DNA of 64,000 nucleotides from Candidatus Gastranaerophilales bacterium (GTDB lineage Bacteria; Cyanobacteriota; Vampirovibrionia; Gastranaerophilales; JAILCC01): NCBI GenBank assembly GCA_028696075.1, contig JAQVHS010000003.1, positions 121,639 to 185,638 of the forward strand, read 5' to 3'. Shown piece by piece: positions 54,468 to 64,000 of this stretch (position 1 is its first letter; each line of letters starts with the position of its first letter). The notes under the pieces were generated by a model. It saw only the letters and a program-made list of their open reading frames with translations, ran no database searches and was not told where the DNA came from. The position numbers and the translations under genes were made by a program.

Positions 54468-56450
54468 ATGGAAAGAAAATTCGACTTACAATCAAAATAC
54501 AAGCCTTCGGGCGACCAGCCAAAAGCCATACAGGCGTTAGTAAACGGCATTAATAACAGCTGCGAAACTCAAACTCTTATGGGGGTTACAGGTTCGGGCA
54601 AAACGTTTACAATGGCAAACGTAATTCAGGAAATACAAAAACCGACACTTGTAATAGCCCACAATAAAACCTTAGCGGCTCAGCTGTATGGTGAGCTAAG
54701 GGAGTTTTTCCCGAATAATGCCGTAGAATACTTCATAAGCTATTATGACTACTACCAACCCGAAGCTTATATACCAAGAAGCGATGTTTATATAGAAAAA
54801 TCAGCCACCATAAACGACGAAATCGACAAACTGCGCCACAGTACAACTCGCAGCCTATACACAAGGAATGATGTTATAGTTGTGGCAAGTGTAAGTTGTA
54901 TTTACGGGTTAGGGCTGCCTGAAAACTACTTTAGAGGTTCTATAAAATTGCAGGTAGGACAAGAGAAAAATCGTGATGCGTTTCTTAAAGAACTTGTCCA
55001 AAGCCGATATGAGCGTAACGATGTGGAATTGAAGAGGGGAACATTTCGAGCAAGGGGCGATATTGTAGAAATCATGCCCGCATACGAAAGTATAATTACA
55101 AGGTTTTATTTTTTCGGAGATGAAATAGAAAAAATTATTATGATAGACCCCGTAACAGGCGAAGTCGGTGATTTTTTGGAGGAAACCGTTATATTTCCCG
55201 CGGTTCACTACATACAGGGTGAAGAGGATTCCGAGCGGATAATTAACGACATTCACAAAGAATTGAACGAACAGGTTAGATTTTTTGAGAGCCAAAATAA
55301 AATCCTTGAAGCCCAAAGGCTGCAGCAAAGAACAATGCACGATATAGAAATGATAAAAGAAATGGGCTATTGTAACGGCATAGAAAACTACTCAAGAATA
55401 ATTGAAAACCGTCCGATAGGCAGTGCGCCGGCTACTTTGCTTGAATATTTCCCGAAAGGTTTTCTGGTAATAATAGACGAATCGCATGCCACCATCCCTC
55501 AGCTAAAAGCCATGTACAATGGCGATAGAGCCAGAAAAGATACTTTGGTTGAGTATGGGTTCAGGTTACCTTGCGCAAGGGATAACAGACCTTTGAAGTT
55601 TGAAGAATTTTATGAGCGCATCGGCAAAAGAATATACGTTTCGGCAACTCCCGGGGATTTTGAAAAAGAGCAGAGCCAACAGATAGTTGAGCAAATAATA
55701 CGCCCTACCGGGCTTTTAGACCCTAAAATAGATATAAGACCGATAGAAAATCAGGTTGATGATTTATTAAATGAAATAAACATACGGGCAGAGCGTAACG
55801 AAAGAGTATTAATAACAACCCTTACCAAAAAGATGTCAGAAGACTTGACCGATTATTTTGCGCAGCTCGGAGTAAAAGTCCGCTATCTCCACAGCGAAAT
55901 AACCTCGCTTGAGCGTGTCGAGATACTTAGGGATTTAAGATTAGGCGAATTTAATGTGCTTATAGGTGTAAACCTCCTGCGAGAAGGGCTTGACCTGCCT
56001 GAAGTAAGCCTTGTTGCTATTATGGACGCTGATAAAGAAGGGTTCTTAAGGTGTGAAACAAGCCTTATCCAAACAATAGGAAGGGCGGCAAGAAATTCTT
56101 TCGGGCATGTAATTATGTACGCAGACAGGGTAACAGACAGTATCCAAAAAGCTTACGATGAAACAAAGCGCCGTCGTGAAATTCAGGATAAATACAATCG
56201 GGCAAATAATATAACCCCAAAAACAATCATTAAAGATACTCAAAACAGCCTGCTTCAACTGATTTCCGGAGTAAGAGAAGTAGAAGATGTCATAGCGGAG
56301 CAAATGGTAGAAAATAATATATCGCGCAAAGACCTGCCTAAGTTAATAGAAAAACTTGAAAAAGATATGCACAAATCGGCAAAATCTCTGGACTTTGAGC
56401 GAGCGGCACAAATAAGAGATAAGCTGAAAAAGCTTAGAGAGATGGTTTAA
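54468..56450 (+). CDS. uvrB: Excinuclease ABC subunit B
   Basis: GDQPKAI, Walker [25 protein letters not shown], and the C-terminal UVR domain ([13 protein letters not shown]). Confidence 0.97.
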   Translation: MERKFDLQSKYKPSGDQPKAIQALVNGINNSCETQTLMGVTGSGKTFTMANVIQEIQKPTLVIAHNKTLAAQLYGELREFFPNNAVEYFISYYDYYQPEAYIPRSDVYIEKSATINDEIDKLRHSTTRSLYTRNDVIVVASVSCIYGLGLPENYFRGSIKLQVGQEKNRDAFLKELVQSRYERNDVELKRGTFRARGDIVEIMPAYESIITRFYFFGDEIEKIIMIDPVTGEVGDFLEETVIFPAVHYIQGEEDSERIINDIHKELNEQVRFFESQNKILEAQRLQQRTMHDIEMIKEMGYCNGIENYSRIIENRPIGSAPATLLEYFPKGFLVIIDESHATIPQLKAMYNGDRARKDTLVEYGFRLPCARDNRPLKFEEFYERIGKRIYVSATPGDFEKEQSQQIVEQIIRPTGLLDPKIDIRPIENQVDDLLNEINIRAERNERVLITTLTKKMSEDLTDYFAQLGVKVRYLHSEITSLERVEILRDLRLGEFNVLIGVNLLREGLDLPEVSLVAIMDADKEGFLRCETSLIQTIGRAARNSFGHVIMYADRVTDSIQKAYDETKRRREIQDKYNRANNITPKTIIKDTQNSLLQLISGVREVEDVIAEQMVENNISRKDLPKLIEKLEKDMHKSAKSLDFERAAQIRDKLKKLREMV

Positions 56451-56538
56451 AAACAATTAATATTACCCCAACTTAATGATTTGTGGTAATATACATACGT
56501 GAGGTAGCTGGTTAATTACCTCGAAAGGAGATAAAAAT

Positions 56539-57234
56539 ATGAAGAAAGTACTGTTATTGCTAGCTTTATTGTGTACAACTTTGGCTGCAAACGCTGCAAC
56601 TGTATACGTACAAAATGATGTGACAAACAAGGATTTTTGGGAAAGAACAGGTGTGCAAGAAAAGAAGGTTACAGCGGTTGCAAACAAGATTATATCTGCA
56701 AATAAATTAAAAGGCAGAGCTCCTGTTACTTTGAAAACTGACAACGTAATAAACGCTTTGGCTAACTTATATACAAGAAATATTACGGTCTTATCCGGTT
56801 CATTATCTGCAATGGATAATGATGATGAACTAGCATATTTACTATCTCATGAAATAGCCCACTCAATGGAAACGTATGAATCTCCATTTAGAGTTTTCGC
56901 AATGAAGTGGATGCCTAAGAAGTATGAATTTAAAGCAGATTTAGTTGGTATAGACTATATGGTAAAGGCCGGTTATAACCCTGTTGCAGCAATAGCTTTT
57001 GCAAATAAGACATTAGATGAACCATATTGGGATTGGTATCTATCTCATCCAAAAGGTAGTCGAAGATTGTTTGAAATGTATAAGCACATATACACCAAAT
57101 ACCCCGAATATTTATCTGGTCCAATGGTACATAATGTTAACTATATAAACTATATAAACTCAAACTATGCAAAAATTAAGGGTTTTGAGCAAAAGCAAAA
57201 GAACAGAGAAATGCAAAACAATGAGAAATTATAG
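56539..57234 (+). CDS. Secreted M48-family zinc metallopeptidase
   Basis: Signal peptide MKKVLLLLALLCTTLAANA and an HExxH motif in LAYLLSHEIAHS. Confidence 0.7.
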   Translation: MKKVLLLLALLCTTLAANAATVYVQNDVTNKDFWERTGVQEKKVTAVANKIISANKLKGRAPVTLKTDNVINALANLYTRNITVLSGSLSAMDNDDELAYLLSHEIAHSMETYESPFRVFAMKWMPKKYEFKADLVGIDYMVKAGYNPVAAIAFANKTLDEPYWDWYLSHPKGSRRLFEMYKHIYTKYPEYLSGPMVHNVNYINYINSNYAKIKGFEQKQKNREMQNNEKL

Positions 57235-57646
57235 CATATTAGCTATAAGTCTTATATTTGGAATGGGGGTTACATTTGCAAAAGAAATTGCAGTTGAAAT
57301 AACCCCCGTTTCCGAAATAACGACCTGTAGAGATGAAATTCAAGAGGGAGACTATATTGATTTTAAGGTCTTAAATGATACTCAAAACCTTAAAAAAGGT
57401 GATATAGTCACGGGAATGGTAACACACCTGGAAGACAATGGACCTTATGGGAAATCTGCAAGTATCCTAATTGAACATTTATCATCTGGTAATATTAAAC
57501 TAAACGGGAATGTTTATGCAGACGGAGAACCTGCAAGATACAAAGATTATTATGAAAACCTTTCAAGAGGACTCTTAAATAGAGGTAAGGAAATTCATAT
57601 AAAACCAAATAGAGATGTGTTTACAGTTTATATGGAGCAAAAATGA
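57221..57646 (+). CDS. Secreted protein, unknown function (paralog of the next gene)
   Basis: The probable start is MRNYSILAISLIFGMGVTFA (signal peptide); the ORF track begins at 57167, inside the M48 gene. It shares I.P.SEI.T..DEI..GD...FK and RGKEI..P.RD with 57643..58116. Confidence 0.5.
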   Translation: MRNYSILAISLIFGMGVTFAKEIAVEITPVSEITTCRDEIQEGDYIDFKVLNDTQNLKKGDIVTGMVTHLEDNGPYGKSASILIEHLSSGNIKLNGNVYADGEPARYKDYYENLSRGLLNRGKEIHIKPNRDVFTVYMEQK

Positions 57647-58116
57647 TAAGAATACTATTTATAATACTTACAATGTGTTTTACACTAAACTATGCATCAG
57701 CTCAACCATTGCCTTTAAAAATAATGCCTACTGAAATAATTACAACGGCACATGATGAAATTGCGGTAGGTGATAAGTTATTATTTAAGTTGGTTACCGA
57801 TGTTAAAATGGATAATAAGGTGATTTATACGGCTGGTACTCCTGTTGTAGTTTATGTTGATTATGTAACAGAAAATGGCTTTTGCTATGATAACGCTAAT
57901 ATATGGAGTAGAAAGGTATGGGTAAAACACAATGGAATCTATCAAGGACCATACGAAACCGAATTATCTATAAATGGATTAAATGTACTAAAAGGGTTGC
58001 AACCTAGAACGAGAAGGTTCTTTGAATATATAGGTGTTGTATTTAGAGGTAAAGAAATAAATTATAATCCAGAAAGAGATAAATGGAACACTACCATATG
58101 GATTGACTATAAATAA
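57643..58116 (+). CDS. Secreted protein, unknown function (paralog of the previous gene)
   Basis: Signal peptide MIRILFIILTMCFTLNYASA. It overlaps the upstream stop by 4 nt. Confidence 0.5.
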   Translation: MIRILFIILTMCFTLNYASAQPLPLKIMPTEIITTAHDEIAVGDKLLFKLVTDVKMDNKVIYTAGTPVVVYVDYVTENGFCYDNANIWSRKVWVKHNGIYQGPYETELSINGLNVLKGLQPRTRRFFEYIGVVFRGKEINYNPERDKWNTTIWIDYK

Positions 58117-58218
58117 TGCAACTAGCCAAGGAAACTCTGCTTGGTAGAGCCTACCTTGCTAGTAAGCTCAAAACCTTTTCTTGCCAAATTCAAACAATAA
58201 TGCTATTATAAAAATATC

Positions 58219-58253
58219 TTGAAGAGAGTGGTCGTCCACTCTCTTCAATTTTT
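58219..58253 (+). terminator. Rho-independent terminator
   Basis: TTGAAGAGAGTGG-tcgt-CCACTCTCTTCAA followed by TTTTT. Confidence 0.85.
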
Positions 58254-58363
58254 AGGGATTGGGTGCTTTTTGGAATTTGACGGCTCGTTAAATTTGAAAA
58301 TAATCCGAAAGTCTGATGGCACGCAGGATACTAAAATATTCCCAACCAAGGAAGAAAGTCAAA

Positions 58364-58840
58364 ATGCACAAAGAAAATCTTAACAAAAGAGAAATATTGG
58401 AAAAGATAACACCGGTTATTGAGAATGCCTGCATGAAAAACGGGCTTGTACCTATAGAAATCGACTTTCAAAAAGAATCCGGCAGATGGTTTTTGAGAAT
58501 ATTCATCTTTAACAACGAGCATCCGGTCAATCTGGAGGATTGCGAAAACCTTACCCGCTCAATAGATAATTTTTTAGACGAAATTATTCCCGTTAAATAC
58601 AACCTTGAAGTCAGCAGTCCGGGTTTGGAAAGAAAACTTAAATCATCCAAAGAATATACAATATTTAAAGGGAAAAAAGTAAAACTCAAACTAAGAGAAG
58701 AAAATTTGACCAAAGTAATATTCGGCAGAATTCTTGATTTTCAAAAAAATCAGGGGTTGTTGGTTACAGAGGAAGAAACAAAAGAAGAAATACTTATAAA
58801 AGAAGAAAATATACTAAATGCACAACTATGTTTTGAATAA
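58364..58840 (+). CDS. rimP: Ribosome maturation factor RimP
   Basis: LEVSSPGLERKLK motif and its position directly upstream of nusA. AAGGAAG lies 9 nt before the ATG at 58364; the ORF track starts at 58316. Confidence 0.85.
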   Translation: MHKENLNKREILEKITPVIENACMKNGLVPIEIDFQKESGRWFLRIFIFNNEHPVNLEDCENLTRSIDNFLDEIIPVKYNLEVSSPGLERKLKSSKEYTIFKGKKVKLKLREENLTKVIFGRILDFQKNQGLLVTEEETKEEILIKEENILNAQLCFE

Positions 58841-58851
58841 AGGAGAGTAAA

Positions 58852-60033
58852 ATGATTAAATTCGGTTCAGCACTAATGGATGCGGTAGAACAAATTGAAA
58901 GAGAAAAAGGAATATCAAAAGATATTATTTTGGGTTCTCTGTGCGATGCAATGGTTAGCGCATACAAAAAACAAATTAAGGATAAAATGGCAACGAACGT
59001 AAAAGCTATTTTGTACGAAAAATCAGGTGAAATAGGCATTTACAGAGAAAAGATAACCGTTAAAAAAGTAGAGGATGAAAGTCTGGAAATCTCACTTAAG
59101 GATGCGAAGAAAATTGACCCTGAAGCAGCAATAGATAAGGTGGTTGATATAGAAGTAACCCCGGCAGACTTCGGCAGGATTGCAGCGCAAGCGGCAAAAC
59201 AGGTAATTACCCAACGGATAAGAGAGGCTGAGCGCAACATTATCATTGATGAATATATGAGCAAAAAAGACACACTGATGACAGGTATTGTTCAGAGAAT
59301 AGAGTACAGAAACGTTGTTGTAAATCTTGGCAAAACAGAAGCTATTATGCCGCCTAAAGAACAATTGAAAAATGAATACTATAAGCCCGGAAACAGAATA
59401 AGAGTTTATGTTCTCGATGTAAAAGAAACAGCGAAACTTCCGCAGGTAATAGTTTCTCAGACTCACGCTAAAATCGTACAAGAACTTTTTGAACTTGAAG
59501 TGCCTGAAATTGAAGACGGTTTGGTAGAAATTAAAAATATCACAAGAGAAGCGGGCTACCGAACAAAAATAGCGGTAGCAAGCACTGACCCTGACGTTGA
59601 CCCTGTAGGAGCCTGCATAGGACCGAGAGGAAGCAGAATTCAAACTATTGTGGGTGAATTAAAGAACGAAAAAATTGATATCATAAGATATTCTGATGAC
59701 CCTGTTGAATATATTGTAAATGCGCTTTCACCTGCGAAAATCATTTCCGTTGATATATTAGAGGACTCGGAAGAAGCGAAAGAAGCTTTGGTTGTAGTAC
59801 CTGACGACCAATTAAGCTTAGCTATCGGTATGGGCGGACAAAACGTAAGGCTGGCTCACAGATTAACAGGCTGGAAGATTGATATTAAGTCTTTAAGCCA
59901 AGTTGAGGAAAGCGGCTATTATGAGCAAGACTATCAGGAAGAGCAAGAACCGCAAAAATACGCCGAACAAGAGGAAGAAACAGAAATAGAAATCACCGAA
60001 GAAGAACTCGTTGAGGACTATGAAGAAGAATAA
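58852..60033 (+). CDS. nusA: Transcription termination/antitermination factor NusA
   Basis: N-terminal domain, S1 domain (GIVQRIEYRNVVVNLG) and KH domains (DPVGACIGPRGSRIQ, LAIGMGGQNVRLA). The C-terminal tail is acidic. Confidence 0.95.
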   Translation: MIKFGSALMDAVEQIEREKGISKDIILGSLCDAMVSAYKKQIKDKMATNVKAILYEKSGEIGIYREKITVKKVEDESLEISLKDAKKIDPEAAIDKVVDIEVTPADFGRIAAQAAKQVITQRIREAERNIIIDEYMSKKDTLMTGIVQRIEYRNVVVNLGKTEAIMPPKEQLKNEYYKPGNRIRVYVLDVKETAKLPQVIVSQTHAKIVQELFELEVPEIEDGLVEIKNITREAGYRTKIAVASTDPDVDPVGACIGPRGSRIQTIVGELKNEKIDIIRYSDDPVEYIVNALSPAKIISVDILEDSEEAKEALVVVPDDQLSLAIGMGGQNVRLAHRLTGWKIDIKSLSQVEESGYYEQDYQEEQEPQKYAEQEEETEIEITEEELVEDYEEE

Positions 60034-60325
60034 CAACGAAAGTCAAACAGCTAAAGAAGGCTCTAAAAAAGAGCCTTCTTTGGTAAGAAAATGCATCGGA
60101 TGTTCACAAAAATTTGAAAGAACCGCGCTGATAAGAATTTTAAAAGACCATCAAACGGAAGAAATAATTATAAACCCTGCAAATAAACAATTTGGACGCT
60201 CTTGCTATATATGCAAAAATCAGGAATGCATTAAAAATGCGCTTAAAAAACACAAGCTTGGCAAATTTTTAAAAGGTAACGTTCCCCAGTACATAATCGA
60301 ACAATTGAAAACTATATGCGATTAA
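60020..60325 (+). CDS. ylxR: YlxR/DUF448-family RNA-binding protein
   Basis: RKCIGCSQKFERTALIRI...GRSCYICKNQECI is the YlxR signature. It overlaps the nusA 3' end. Confidence 0.8.
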   Translation: MKKNNNESQTAKEGSKKEPSLVRKCIGCSQKFERTALIRILKDHQTEEIIINPANKQFGRSCYICKNQECIKNALKKHKLGKFLKGNVPQYIIEQLKTICD

Positions 60326-61256
60326 AAACGCTTTGCGTTAATTCCGCAAGTGCCGCTTTATATTCATTCTCGGGGAAAAACTCCAAATTTTTCAAAGCAT
60401 TTAATTTATAATCGTTTGCAAACTCAACAGCCTTATCTAAAGAATTATATTTATCAAGCAATGCTCTGACGTTAAGCACATCCTCATCTGTAATATCAGC
60501 TTTATCAAATATTTCCATTATTTGAGGGTAATCTTGAGCAAGATAAATCAACGGCAAAGTCAACACACCCTCTCTTAAATCATTTAAAATAGGTTTACCG
60601 TCGTCTGATTTAAAGTTTTTGATATCATCAACAATCTGGAATAATATTCCCAAATACATGGCAAAATCCTGCACAGCCTGCTTGGTTTGCTCATCAGCAT
60701 TATTTATATAAAAAGTACATGCTTTTGCTACCAATTCAAATAATACAGCGGTTTTATCTCTTGACTTTGCAATATATTGTTCAATAGTCGGCAGATTATA
60801 CAAATTAAGGTTTTGCATAATTTCACCCTGTATCAGCTGTTTCATTGCGTATGAAAAAATACGATTAAGCTCGTTATTATCAATATCAGATAACTTGGCA
60901 AGCGCCAAAGTTAAAAGAAAATCTCCCATTAAAATAGCAGTGGAATTCCCAAAAATTTTATTAAAAGTGTCCTGACTTCTTCTCAAATCAGCTTCGTCTA
61001 AAACATCGTCATGACAAAGCGATGCGTTATGTATAAGCTCCACGGATATTAAAAAATCAAAATGGTTAACATTAAGAGAAGAAAAACATTTAGCAATCAA
61101 AATACCTAATCTCGGGCGAATTTGCTTGCCTTTAAATATCTGCATAGCCGATGTTAAGGGTTTAATATTTGCTGTTTCTCTCTCTATAAACTCATCAAAA
61201 TAATTATTAAATGCTTGTATATCTTCTTCTATCAAAGTTTTTGTATTAGTCATCAT
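60312..61256 (-). CDS. Polyprenyl diphosphate synthase (trans-isoprenyl diphosphate synthase family)
   Basis: First DDxxD in LCHDDVLDEADLRR, second in FQIVDDIKNF. 314 aa. Confidence 0.85.
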   Translation of the reverse strand: MMTNTKTLIEEDIQAFNNYFDEFIERETANIKPLTSAMQIFKGKQIRPRLGILIAKCFSSLNVNHFDFLISVELIHNASLCHDDVLDEADLRRSQDTFNKIFGNSTAILMGDFLLTLALAKLSDIDNNELNRIFSYAMKQLIQGEIMQNLNLYNLPTIEQYIAKSRDKTAVLFELVAKACTFYINNADEQTKQAVQDFAMYLGILFQIVDDIKNFKSDDGKPILNDLREGVLTLPLIYLAQDYPQIMEIFDKADITDEDVLNVRALLDKYNSLDKAVEFANDYKLNALKNLEFFPENEYKAALAELTQSVFNRI

Positions 61257-61381
61257 GTCCGTAATTCTAGCATAAAGGAAAATATTTAACTATCCGTATT
61301 TTTATAAAATATTTAACAAAAATCCGGCAAATTCCAATATGTTGTGATTTAATATAAACATAAATAGAAGGTTTTTTAATA

Positions 61382-62233
61382 ATGAGAATTCAAAGAGTAA
61401 ATAATACCTACACTAATAAATATCCGCATAATACTTTGTCTGATATGGCTTTTGCAGGAAAAATCAAACCTGCGTCTATAGCGACAAACACTGTTTTAAA
61501 ATCACCTTCTTTAAAAAGAAAATTTTTAAACCTGACAGGAATAGGTTTAATCGGTTTTATAGCAATGCTTGGAGGGCAAAAAATAAGACAAAATTATATG
61601 CGAAATTTACTTAATGCTGACCCTGCATTAAGTGCAATAAGTACCAATAACCAAAATATAGGTGATTTCTCGAGAATAATGCTTGAAGGCAGAATTAAAC
61701 ATATATTCAGCGGGCTAAAATTTAAAACCTATGCGCTGGAAAAAACAAAAGGTATAAATTTTGAAACCTGCAGTGATTATGAAGATTTGATTTTAGCAAA
61801 AAATGCCCAAAGAATAGCGGCATATTTCAAAACAGCAGGTAACTGCTATACGGGAGCAAAGCATGCGCTGCTTACTTCAGGTGTAATAAAAGACTACGGG
61901 GATATGCCCTTAGGTATAGCATCTAATGCCGTAAAATATTTCGAAAGACATAATGACAAATTCCAAGAGATTCTATCCAAAACGGGTAAAAATCTTACTC
62001 CTGAAGAGTTAAGAGCATTACCGGCAGGGCATATTGTTGTCTATTCTAAAGAAGGACTACCCGGACATATAGCTGTTACAAACGGCAGAGGGCAGGGTAT
62101 GAGCGATAGCTTTGACAATATGCGCTGGGTTGAAGAACATGGCGAAGGCGCAGCCTTTCGTGTCTTTAAATTAACAGAAGGCTGGTTTTTTAACCCTAAA
62201 ACAAAAGCTCTGGAATTCCATAATAAAAAGTAA
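61382..62233 (+). CDS. Membrane-anchored protein with a possible papain-like (CHAP/NlpC-P60-type) C-terminal domain
   Basis: It has an Asn-rich leader with DMAFAGKIKP and a TM helix (GIGLIGFIAMLGG). The C-terminal candidate catalytic pattern is AGNCYTGAKHAL...(about 70 aa)...AGHIVVYSKEGLPGHIAVTNG. This call is tentative. Confidence 0.35.
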   Translation: MRIQRVNNTYTNKYPHNTLSDMAFAGKIKPASIATNTVLKSPSLKRKFLNLTGIGLIGFIAMLGGQKIRQNYMRNLLNADPALSAISTNNQNIGDFSRIMLEGRIKHIFSGLKFKTYALEKTKGINFETCSDYEDLILAKNAQRIAAYFKTAGNCYTGAKHALLTSGVIKDYGDMPLGIASNAVKYFERHNDKFQEILSKTGKNLTPEELRALPAGHIVVYSKEGLPGHIAVTNGRGQGMSDSFDNMRWVEEHGEGAAFRVFKLTEGWFFNPKTKALEFHNKK

Positions 62234-62337
62234 TTTTTACTGAAATGTTAAATTATGTAAACTTTTAGGAAGAAAATGAAATCAAGTTCTTTGTATATAC
62301 TTTATATATATACGAGATATATACAAGGACTTAAAAA

Positions 62338-62523
62338 ATGATAGGTGCCCAATACGAACTTGACAGAAGAATAATTTCAGAATACAAGGATAAAAACACC
62401 AATGCTACATCCTCTGCTAAAACGCTTCCCCAAGAATTGGTTTGGGACTATATCGAAATGTTATCCTGGAACAACAGAAATGTAGTTAATATGAAAAAGA
62501 ACCAAAAGCAACTCGCAAGTTAA
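62338..62523 (+). CDS. Small hypothetical protein (61 aa)
   Basis: The ORF is followed by a strong terminator, but it has a weak ribosome-binding site and no recognisable motif. Confidence 0.3.
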   Translation: MIGAQYELDRRIISEYKDKNTNATSSAKTLPQELVWDYIEMLSWNNRNVVNMKKNQKQLAS

Positions 62524-62540
62524 TCCCCCCATTGAACCAT

Positions 62541-62572
62541 AAAAAAAAGGATGCATAAGCATCCTTTTTTTT
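62541..62572. terminator. Bidirectional rho-independent terminator (rpsI on the minus strand / small ORF on the plus strand)
   Basis: An A8 run, AAGGATGC-ataa-GCATCCTT, then a T8 run. Confidence 0.85.
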
Positions 62573-62585
62573 ATATTTTGAAATA

Positions 62586-62981
62586 TTATCTCTTTGAGAA
62601 TTGGAAGCGTTTTCTTGCTTTTTTTCTTCCGTATTTTTTTCTTTCCTTAATTCTTGAATCACGGGTCAAAAGACCTTCTGTTTTAAGAACTTGTTTGTAT
62701 TCGGGACTTACTTCTAAAAGAGCTTTAGAAATAGCGTGTCTTATGGCACCTGCTTGCGCACTTACACCACCGCCGATAGCTTTTACTCTGATATCAAATT
62801 TTGTTTCATTGCCTGTTAAAGCTAAAGGCTGAAATATCATTGTTTCCAGCGTAAGTCTTTCGCCAAGATAAGCTTTTAAAGTTTTATTGTTAATGAAAAC
62901 TCTGCCTTTACCTTTTGATAGTCTTGCTATTGCAATGGCAGTTTTTCTGCGGCCTACTGCTCTGTATTCTTTTTCTGCCAT
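62586..62981 (-). CDS. rpsI: 30S ribosomal protein S9
   Basis: GRRKTAIA...GGGVSAQAGAIRHAISKAL...KKYGRKKARKRFQFSKR. Confidence 0.97.
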   Translation of the reverse strand: MAEKEYRAVGRRKTAIAIARLSKGKGRVFINNKTLKAYLGERLTLETMIFQPLALTGNETKFDIRVKAIGGGVSAQAGAIRHAISKALLEVSPEYKQVLKTEGLLTRDSRIKERKKYGRKKARKRFQFSKR

Positions 62982-62984
62982 AAG

Positions 62985-63416
62985 TTATATCTCCTTTATT
63001 TCTACAGGTTGCTGAGCTGAATGAGGATGCTCCGAACCTGCGTAAATTTTCAACTTATTAAACTGCTCAGCACCTAAAGTATTGTGTGGAAGCATTCCCT
63101 TAACAGCTTTTTCCAAAGCTCTTGCAGGAAATTTTTCCATTAATTCTTTATAAGATGCTGTTTTTAACCCGCTCGGATAACCGGAGTGGGAATAATACAT
63201 TTTATCTGTTACTTTTTTACCTGTAACTGCAACTTTATCAGCGTTTATTACAATTACAAAATCACCCGTATCAATGTGAGGAGTGAATTCAGGTTTATTT
63301 TTACCGCGGAGAATGTTAGCGATTTTAGAAGCTAAACGCCCTAAAATCTGCCCTTCTGCGTCGATTAAGTACCATTTTCTTTCTACTTCACAAGGCTTGG
63401 CTGAATATGTTTTCAT
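62985..63416 (-). CDS. rplM: 50S ribosomal protein L13
   Basis: [27 protein letters not shown]...HSGYPGG-like motif (HSGYPSGL). Confidence 0.97.
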   Translation of the reverse strand: MKTYSAKPCEVERKWYLIDAEGQILGRLASKIANILRGKNKPEFTPHIDTGDFVIVINADKVAVTGKKVTDKMYYSHSGYPSGLKTASYKELMEKFPARALEKAVKGMLPHNTLGAEQFNKLKIYAGSEHPHSAQQPVEIKEI

Positions 63417-63425
63417 GATGCCTCC

Positions 63426-64000
63426 TTATTTTTTAGCATGTTGTGTGTCTTTTAATTGCTCAGATAAGGTTGTTTTGTTAAAAACCACATTATCAAAGCC
63501 TTTATTTTTATACCCTACAAATTCCAGAGTAAGAGCGTTAGCAGAAGCTGTTTTAGGAGCCTTTGTACGATTTTTGGAAATTAAAAGTTCATAAGCAAAC
63601 TGCGGGGTAAGTTTATTCCTTCCAATTTCTAAAATCATTCCTGCTATAATTCTTACCATATTGTAGAGAAATCGATTTGCTACTAAATCAATATAGATAT
63701 AATCGCCGTCTTTATGAGCTTTAGCGTAATAAAGTTTACAAACTTTATTCGGATTCGAGGTTTTCAAAGAACAGAAACTTGAAAAATCATGTTCTCCTGT
63801 TAAGGAGTCCAAGGCTTGATTAATCAAATCAATATCAAGCTTTGTTCTTTCATGCAAAATTCTCGAATCAAAAGCATTTTTATATTTCCGATTGGCAATC
63901 GTATAACGATACCATCTATAAGCTGCCGACTTTTGTGCATGAAATGACCTGTTTACTTCAACAATTTCACTAACACTGATATCGTCAGGCAAAATAGAAT
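63426..64000 (-). CDS. truA: tRNA pseudouridine(38-40) synthase TruA, N-terminus beyond the window edge
   Basis: The C-terminal two-thirds contain DFSSF, RFLYNMVRIIAG and ALTLEFV. The reading frame stays open to base 64000. The catalytic RTD.GVH region is not in the window. Confidence 0.85.
   Translation of the reverse strand, partial: SILPDDISVSEIVEVNRSFHAQKSAAYRWYRYTIANRKYKNAFDSRILHERTKLDIDLINQALDSLTGEHDFSSFCSLKTSNPNKVCKLYYAKAHKDGDYIYIDLVANRFLYNMVRIIAGMILEIGRNKLTPQFAYELLISKNRTKAPKTASANALTLEFVGYKNKGFDNVVFNKTTLSEQLKDTQHAKK

Noticed and set aside
60020-61256. Absence of infB after rimP-nusA-ylxR, where a convergent polyprenyl synthase gene follows instead.
   Set aside because: This is only an operon rearrangement, and infB is presumably elsewhere. 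Nothing in the sequence suggests decay or a novel element at the junction.
62289-62328. An AT-rich inverted repeat CTTTGTATATA...TATATACAAGG upstream of the 61-aa ORF.
   Set aside because: It is a short TA-repeat palindrome in AT-rich DNA. It could be a promoter or operator, but it is indistinguishable from chance without expression data.

Overview
This is an AT-rich bacterial chromosomal segment, densely coded and mostly housekeeping. The backbone includes rplJ-rplL-rpoB-rpoC1-rpoC2, rimP-nusA-ylxR, rplM-rpsI-truA, uvrB, gatB, rsgA, thrC-hom, cysE, folD, maf and mazG, plus one tRNA-Cys. rpoC is split into two genes, and the second carries a ~650-aa insertion inside the trigger loop. That is the cyanobacterial-lineage RNA polymerase architecture. 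The window also has a [FeFe]-hydrogenase, an LPS-core/O-antigen-ligase operon and pilin-like proteins, and no photosynthesis genes. Together these suggest a non-photosynthetic Melainabacteria/Vampirovibrionia-like organism; this is inference and needs a database check. No CRISPR array, integrase, transposase or prophage was recognised.

The parts that look unexplained or unusual are:
- (1) A four-gene cassette of classical-AAA proteins at 22.9-27.7 kb. Two intact ATPases flank two tandemly duplicated, membrane-anchored, lid-less AAA cores with a degenerate Walker A. No recognisable effector is present.
- (2) An Asn-rich N-terminal leader with a hydrophobic-[STA]-F-[AGT]...P motif, shared by those proteins and by several unrelated proteins in the window.
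- (3) A 1492-aa modular type-IV-pilin-like protein carrying Cys-rich repeats, 13 GLUG-type repeats and Ca-binding loops.
- (4) Wood-Ljungdahl methyl-branch parts at two loci (mazG-acsD-acsC, and a MetE-like/CooC-like/folD/acsE-like operon), with no CODH/ACS in the window.
- (5) A dispersed GC-rich nested-palindrome repeat family in intergenic regions, plus a separate 56-nt direct repeat pair.
- (6) A malic enzyme with a duplicated N-terminal region.

All functional calls rest on motifs read by eye from the translations. No searches were run.
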